Assembly: GCA_963663385.2 (NCBI GenBank)
Contig: CAXXXD010000003.1
Coordinates: forward strand, 1,440,001-1,504,000
DNA length: 64,000 bases
Direction of reading: 5' to 3'
Origin: Oceanispirochaeta sp.
Lineage (GTDB): Bacteria; Spirochaetota; Spirochaetia; DSM-2461
Every line of letters begins with the position of its first letter. The stretch's first letter is position 1. Below, in pieces: positions 59,541-64,000 of the stretch. The notes below the pieces were generated by a model, which did no database searches, had not been told where the DNA came from, and saw only the letters and a program-made list of their open reading frames with translations. Both the position numbers and the translations under genes were made by a program.

Positions 59541-62500
59541 TACTTCTTTCTGATCCCCAGGATAGTCAGGTCGTCATACTGGTGATCTTCCTTCAGATGG
59601 GAGTAATAGGTGTACTCTGGGAATTCCTCATCGGGAATGGGATAACGGAAATACTCCCGGTACTGATCAAAATGTTTCTTCAGAAAATCATCAATCTTGT
59701 TATCTATCCGGATACGGTCATCCGCCCCGGCTGAAGGATCCGGGATCATACGGAATATTTTTTCAACAGATACCAGAGCCAGAACGGCATGATCCACCTT
59801 TCCGTTACATTCGGTAAAATTGAATGACAAAGTTCTGTCCGGATCCGGGTTATGATACTTATACAGTGTATAGGTTTCTCGATGGAGGGCAGCCTCAATT
59901 ACATCATGGATCCGGGATACGGAAAATTCCTCAAACTCACTGTTAACCTCATGGGTTTTATGCATACCTTCCTGGTCCTGATTACAGGAGTCATCACAGA
60001 CGATCTGTTCATACCGGCTGTTCCGGAAAGTCCGCTGAGCTTCCTCAATACCATCTGTAAACAGGAACAGAATATCCCCGCTTTTCAGCATATGAGGCAG
60101 TTGTTTATACGATTTATCCCCTTCCAGCATAAATGAAGGAAATACACCTGCCGCGGGAACTTCGTTTATGGTTTTTATAAACATTTTATTATTCTGCTGA
60201 TTATAGATATGCACCAGATTATCTCCTGCGTTACACATCCAGCACTTACCGGTTCTAACATTCATAACGATGACAATAAATGCCGCAAAACGACCTTCGA
60301 ACCCGACCTCTTCCAGAAGATCATTGATACTGTACACAAGCTTATCGATATGGATTCCGTCCCTTTTTATATCAGTTGTTTTAAAGTAGTTGATAAAAAT
60401 GGTTGCGACTTCCACCATAATCAGCGAAGCGGGGATACCTTTTCCGGCAATATCACACTTGATAATGGCATAGTGCTCATCATCCAGCTGACGAAAATCA
60501 AAGTAGTCTCCAGATACACCTTTAGCACCTTCATAGTACCCGTAAAACTGTACATTTTCATTTTCCATCTCACCTGTGGACAATTTTCTGTTTCCCACAG
60601 CCATTGTTTCAAGGGGAATGAACTTTTTCTGTATTTCCTTACCTAAGGTGAGTTCCTTACTGGCTGCCGCCGCCGTAACAAGACCTTCTGTCATCTGGTT
60701 GAATGTTCTGGCCAGATCTGCCAGCTCATCCCGTGTTTTTATCTCGATTACATGATCTGACAGCTTTGACTTATCCTGGGTGTCTCTGACGATCTCCACG
60801 GCCCGAACAAGTTTCCGGATAGGATTGATCATGGTTTGAGCCAGAAGGATAGCTCCGAGAAATCCGGTAAAAATGGCTATAAGCGAAATAGTAACCGTAA
60901 TCCGGATGATATTCTGCTGAATACTGATAATCTCATTCAGAATATTCTCTATGGAGACTTCCAGCCTGATAATTCCACGGAAATAGGTGTTAATACCCTT
61001 ATTACGATACACTACAGGTTTATAGAATATAAAAGTCTTCTGGGAGGGATTAATATTCTCCACAGTAAACTCCGGATAGGTTTTGACTACGTTTGAAACG
61101 GATTTCAGTTTATCATTTATCTCTGTTTCTATACGGCTGATTGTTTCCTGGATGATTCTCAAATCCTCAAGGGACTGCCTGTCTCCTTTCAATGCCAGTC
61201 GCACAGCATCTTCCGAAAGCTGATCCAGCTGCACATTCTGATCACCTACCAGTTCTATGGCGTTTTTATTGATTTCCTGCTGCAGCAGCATGACTTCATC
61301 ACTGATAACATCTTTTATCCTGGTTTCACCCGGTTCAAAATCTGTCAGCAGATTGGAGACAGTAAGGATTCCGTATAAATCGCTCCTGTCCGTCTCGAGG
61401 GGCAGGGAGAAATCATAGTATCCCTCTCGGATTGCATAACTGTTCAGCAGTTCTTCAAACCTCTCTTCATCCATATCTTCGGGTTTATCAAGGTCCTGTT
61501 TCCGTACTTCAGCGGGAAAGAGCTGATCTTCATTGACTCCCGGATCATTGGATGCCCAGATATAATCGAATTCCGCAGGATGATTTATTCCGATACCGCT
61601 TATGGTCGTATTCCTGGCATCTTCCATTGCCGAAATCTGGCCCGGCAGCAGACCAAGCTCCAGACGGTTCTGGGTGGGCAGATAGGTTCTGGCGCCGTTT
61701 GCCAGTGTTTCAAGAAGCAGAGCGCTCCTCTGATATAAACCTTCGGACAGGTTGGTTTGCTGAGTATTGATCATAAACTGTCCGAGGGAGATTGAAATAG
61801 TCAGGGTTACGAACAGTATCAGAGTCAGAATAGCCAGAATGAATTTCAAACGCAGACTGAAACCTCTTTTTTTCATGACTTTTAACCTCTCTTTATGAAT
61901 TTGACCGGGGATGGGGGTTCCTTCGAGAATGGCTTTCACATCCTCTTCCAGCATGCGGCTTTCCCTGATGATGTTGAAAATCATCACGGTTGTAAAGAAA
62001 GTGGCTGCCAGCAGTAAGGCCAGAATAGCCGTAAACAGAGTTCTATTCAGGTCCCAGATATCCCGTGCCATTCTGGCTGGCTGCCAGAAGGTCTTGTAAT
62101 CGTAGGAGAAATCTCCAAAACGCACCGTTCCCGAAGAGTCTAGTCTTAAACGGTTTTCAGCAAAAACGAGGCCTCTCCGCGGGTGAATAACCCCCACCCG
62201 GTAGGTTCCCTCTTCCAGGACCTCAACCGTAACATTTTCTATTATCCGGTCTGTTCTGATACTGAATTCCCCTTCGGAAAACTCGTAATCCCAGGGAGCA
62301 GTACCATCCCTATCAAGGATAACTTTATTAATATTTCCGCCCACACTGAACCCGCGGCCGATTAAACGGAGAACAACCCGTTCCAGACGGTCCCGGGTGG
62401 ACTGGACATCACTGATGTAAGTAACCGGAATATATTTATCCGTACGGAAAAAAAGAGTTTTGGGTTCGCTCTTATTTCCCACATCATCATAGGCAACGAC

Positions 62501-64000
62501 AGAAAGGGCCCAGATCCCGTCGTCTCTGTTGGTATACTGAACACCCGGATTCCTTGTGAGAACCCTGTCGGGAGGAAGGGAAAGATTCAGCAGATCCGGA
62601 TCAATGAAATCGGCATTTTCGCCCAGAAATTTCAGTCTGTAACTGAATCCGCCCAGAAATTCTTCCGCTGTATTCCACAGGATGGAAAAAGTATTGCTTA
62701 ATAGATACCCTTTTTCGTCTGTCAGAGGCTTAGTAAACTGAACCGGTTCGGGCGGAGTCGTATCACGGGTAATGGAGATTCTGACAGTATCCGACCAGTT
62801 TCCGGCGTAGTCCACTGTTTTAATATTGAAAAACCATAGCCCATCCTCTGTAGCCCGAAAGGTCATGGTCCGTTCCCTCAAGTCTGCCTTATCCACATCT
62901 TCGGCCGGTTCAGCATCCGGATTCCTTCCCCAGTCATAGGAAAATCCCAGAATACCCGAGGAGTCCTCCGGCTTTTTCCATGCAATAACAACCCTGTCCT
63001 CAGCCTGACGGCCGCCGTCTGTAAAGTTTATGGTTCTGACAAGCGGAAATGGGGATGTTTTATCGGGTCTGAGAAGATAGGAACGCCTGTATCCCCGGTT
63101 CTGATTCTCCCAGTATATATAGAGGTCATCCCCGAGTTTAAGCCAGCGCGCATAGGTTGAATCACCCCCTGTAAGGCTGAGGTTTTGTTCCTGCCAGAAC
63201 AGCCCGTTCCTTTCAGCCATTATAACCTGATTACCGTTCCTGTTATCAAAATAGAGAACGTGTATTAGACCGTTCTGTAAGACAATACGGGGAGAGGCTG
63301 TAAAGTATGTCCCCCTTGAAATCTGTTCAAAGTCTTCTACAGCCCTTCCTCTGCCATCAAGGGATAAGTAGTAGATCTGAGGCGCCTCCCTGCTGAGACG
63401 GCGCTCCCAGACAAGGTGAATCACGCCCTCTTCAGCAAATATATGAGGCCTTTGATTATCGAATTGAAAGAAATCATAGTCCTGGCCAAACCGATATTCA
63501 CTGAAATCAGTTATTTGAACCTCATCAGACCAGTTATCCTCACCGTTCAGACGGGACTTGAAGTAAATCTGATAACTATTGCGATTACCTGTATAAAGGG
63601 ACTGAAAGACAAGATATTCGCCCTGTGTATCATAGGTGTAATAAGGTAGAAAGTTCTGTTTCAGTTCAGCATTATTAATAAAATGGTCGACTCCGCTCCA
63701 GCTGACACCATCAGAGGATATGGTTTGAAAGATTGATAATGCCTCTGTTCCGTTGGGCTGTACAATCCTCTGAGTAACAAACATAAGGATCCTGCTGTTT
63801 CTGTCACGGAAAAGACGGGGAACAACAACTGTATTTTCCGTTTCCACCAGGGAAATTTTTTCAAGTCCGTTTCTTTGAGAATTTAACCGGTAAATCCCGA
63901 TTTCACGTTCTGATTCATTTAATGCCACCAGGGGAGTTCCCGTTGCATCCTGAGTCAGGGAAAAAAGAGAAACCCGATCCTCTCCCTTATATGTCCTGGG
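59540..64000 (-). CDS. Large membrane SpoIIE/PP2C-family phosphatase with HAMP domain (5' end beyond window)
   Basis: VSGDYFD, DIAGKG.PA, NAG, FTDGIEE, DDLT; HAMP (PI..L...DEL..LA..FN.M); three TM helices; long extracytoplasmic beta-rich N-terminus. Confidence 0.9.
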   Translation of the reverse strand, partial: PRTYKGEDRVSLFSLTQDATGTPLVALNESEREIGIYRLNSQRNGLEKISLVETENTVVVPRLFRDRNSRILMFVTQRIVQPNGTEALSIFQTISSDGVSWSGVDHFINNAELKQNFLPYYTYDTQGEYLVFQSLYTGNRNSYQIYFKSRLNGEDNWSDEVQITDFSEYRFGQDYDFFQFDNQRPHIFAEEGVIHLVWERRLSREAPQIYYLSLDGRGRAVEDFEQISRGTYFTASPRIVLQNGLIHVLYFDNRNGNQVIMAERNGLFWQEQNLSLTGGDSTYARWLKLGDDLYIYWENQNRGYRRSYLLRPDKTSPFPLVRTINFTDGGRQAEDRVVIAWKKPEDSSGILGFSYDWGRNPDAEPAEDVDKADLRERTMTFRATEDGLWFFNIKTVDYAGNWSDTVRISITRDTTPPEPVQFTKPLTDEKGYLLSNTFSILWNTAEEFLGGFSYRLKFLGENADFIDPDLLNLSLPPDRVLTRNPGVQYTNRDDGIWALSVVAYDDVGNKSEPKTLFFRTDKYIPVTYISDVQSTRDRLERVVLRLIGRGFSVGGNINKVILDRDGTAPWDYEFSEGEFSIRTDRIIENVTVEVLEEGTYRVGVIHPRRGLVFAENRLRLDSSGTVRFGDFSYDYKTFWQPARMARDIWDLNRTLFTAILALLLAATFFTTVMIFNIIRESRMLEEDVKAILEGTPIPGQIHKERLKVMKKRGFSLRLKFILAILTLILFVTLTISISLGQFMINTQQTNLSEGLYQRSALLLETLANGARTYLPTQNRLELGLLPGQISAMEDARNTTISGIGINHPAEFDYIWASNDPGVNEDQLFPAEVRKQDLDKPEDMDEERFEELLNSYAIREGYYDFSLPLETDRSDLYGILTVSNLLTDFEPGETRIKDVISDEVMLLQQEINKNAIELVGDQNVQLDQLSEDAVRLALKGDRQSLEDLRIIQETISRIETEINDKLKSVSNVVKTYPEFTVENINPSQKTFIFYKPVVYRNKGINTYFRGIIRLEVSIENILNEIISIQQNIIRITVTISLIAIFTGFLGAILLAQTMINPIRKLVRAVEIVRDTQDKSKLSDHVIEIKTRDELADLARTFNQMTEGLVTAAAASKELTLGKEIQKKFIPLETMAVGNRKLSTGEMENENVQFYGYYEGAKGVSGDYFDFRQLDDEHYAIIKCDIAGKGIPASLIMVEVATIFINYFKTTDIKRDGIHIDKLVYSINDLLEEVGFEGRFAAFIVIVMNVRTGKCWMCNAGDNLVHIYNQQNNKMFIKTINEVPAAGVFPSFMLEGDKSYKQLPHMLKSGDILFLFTDGIEEAQRTFRNSRYEQIVCDDSCNQDQEGMHKTHEVNSEFEEFSVSRIHDVIEAALHRETYTLYKYHNPDPDRTLSFNFTECNGKVDHAVLALVSVEKIFRMIPDPSAGADDRIRIDNKIDDFLKKHFDQYREYFRYPIPDEEFPEYTYYSHLKEDHQYDDLTILGIRKK

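Overview
Chromosomal segment of a free-living spirochaete (Spirochaetaceae-like). The assignment rests on periplasmic-flagellum flaA, the cheA-cheW/cheR-cheX-cheY block, a spiro-SPASM protein and a short P115-type SMC. Most of the window is conserved housekeeping: rpmF-acpP-rnc, coaD, ffh-rpsP-khpA-rimM-trmD-rplS, smc, xseAB, a cobamide nucleotide-loop operon (cbiB-cobD-cobU-cobT-cobS) and c-di-GMP genes (HD-GYP, EAL, PilZ-like). Three regions stand out. (1) 14.7-20.4 kb: a tightly coupled five-gene transmembrane phospho-Thr operon (unknown protein, metallophosphoesterase, receptor Ser/Thr kinase, multi-TM FHA protein, periplasmic vWA-TM-FHA protein). (2) 32-39.6 kb: an AT-rich accessory zone downstream of tRNA-Val(GAC). 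It holds an intact IS21 (6-bp TSD) that splits an exported-protein gene, a truncated second IS21, hicAB and three unannotated, co-oriented, degenerate 3TM-holin fragments alternating with cargo genes. (3) 48.2-54.6 kb: a spiro-SPASM/glycosyltransferase/cytidylyltransferase/SpsG-methyltransferase/ATP-grasp operon running into amidase-GerMN-flaA, a candidate unusual glycan pathway. Smaller observations: a missed 54-aa ORF with a GGA-rich leader, a two-repeat PUR protein, an in-frame 18-bp VNTR in a lipoprotein and several likely leaderless genes. All functional calls come from motif recognition by eye; no database searches were run.
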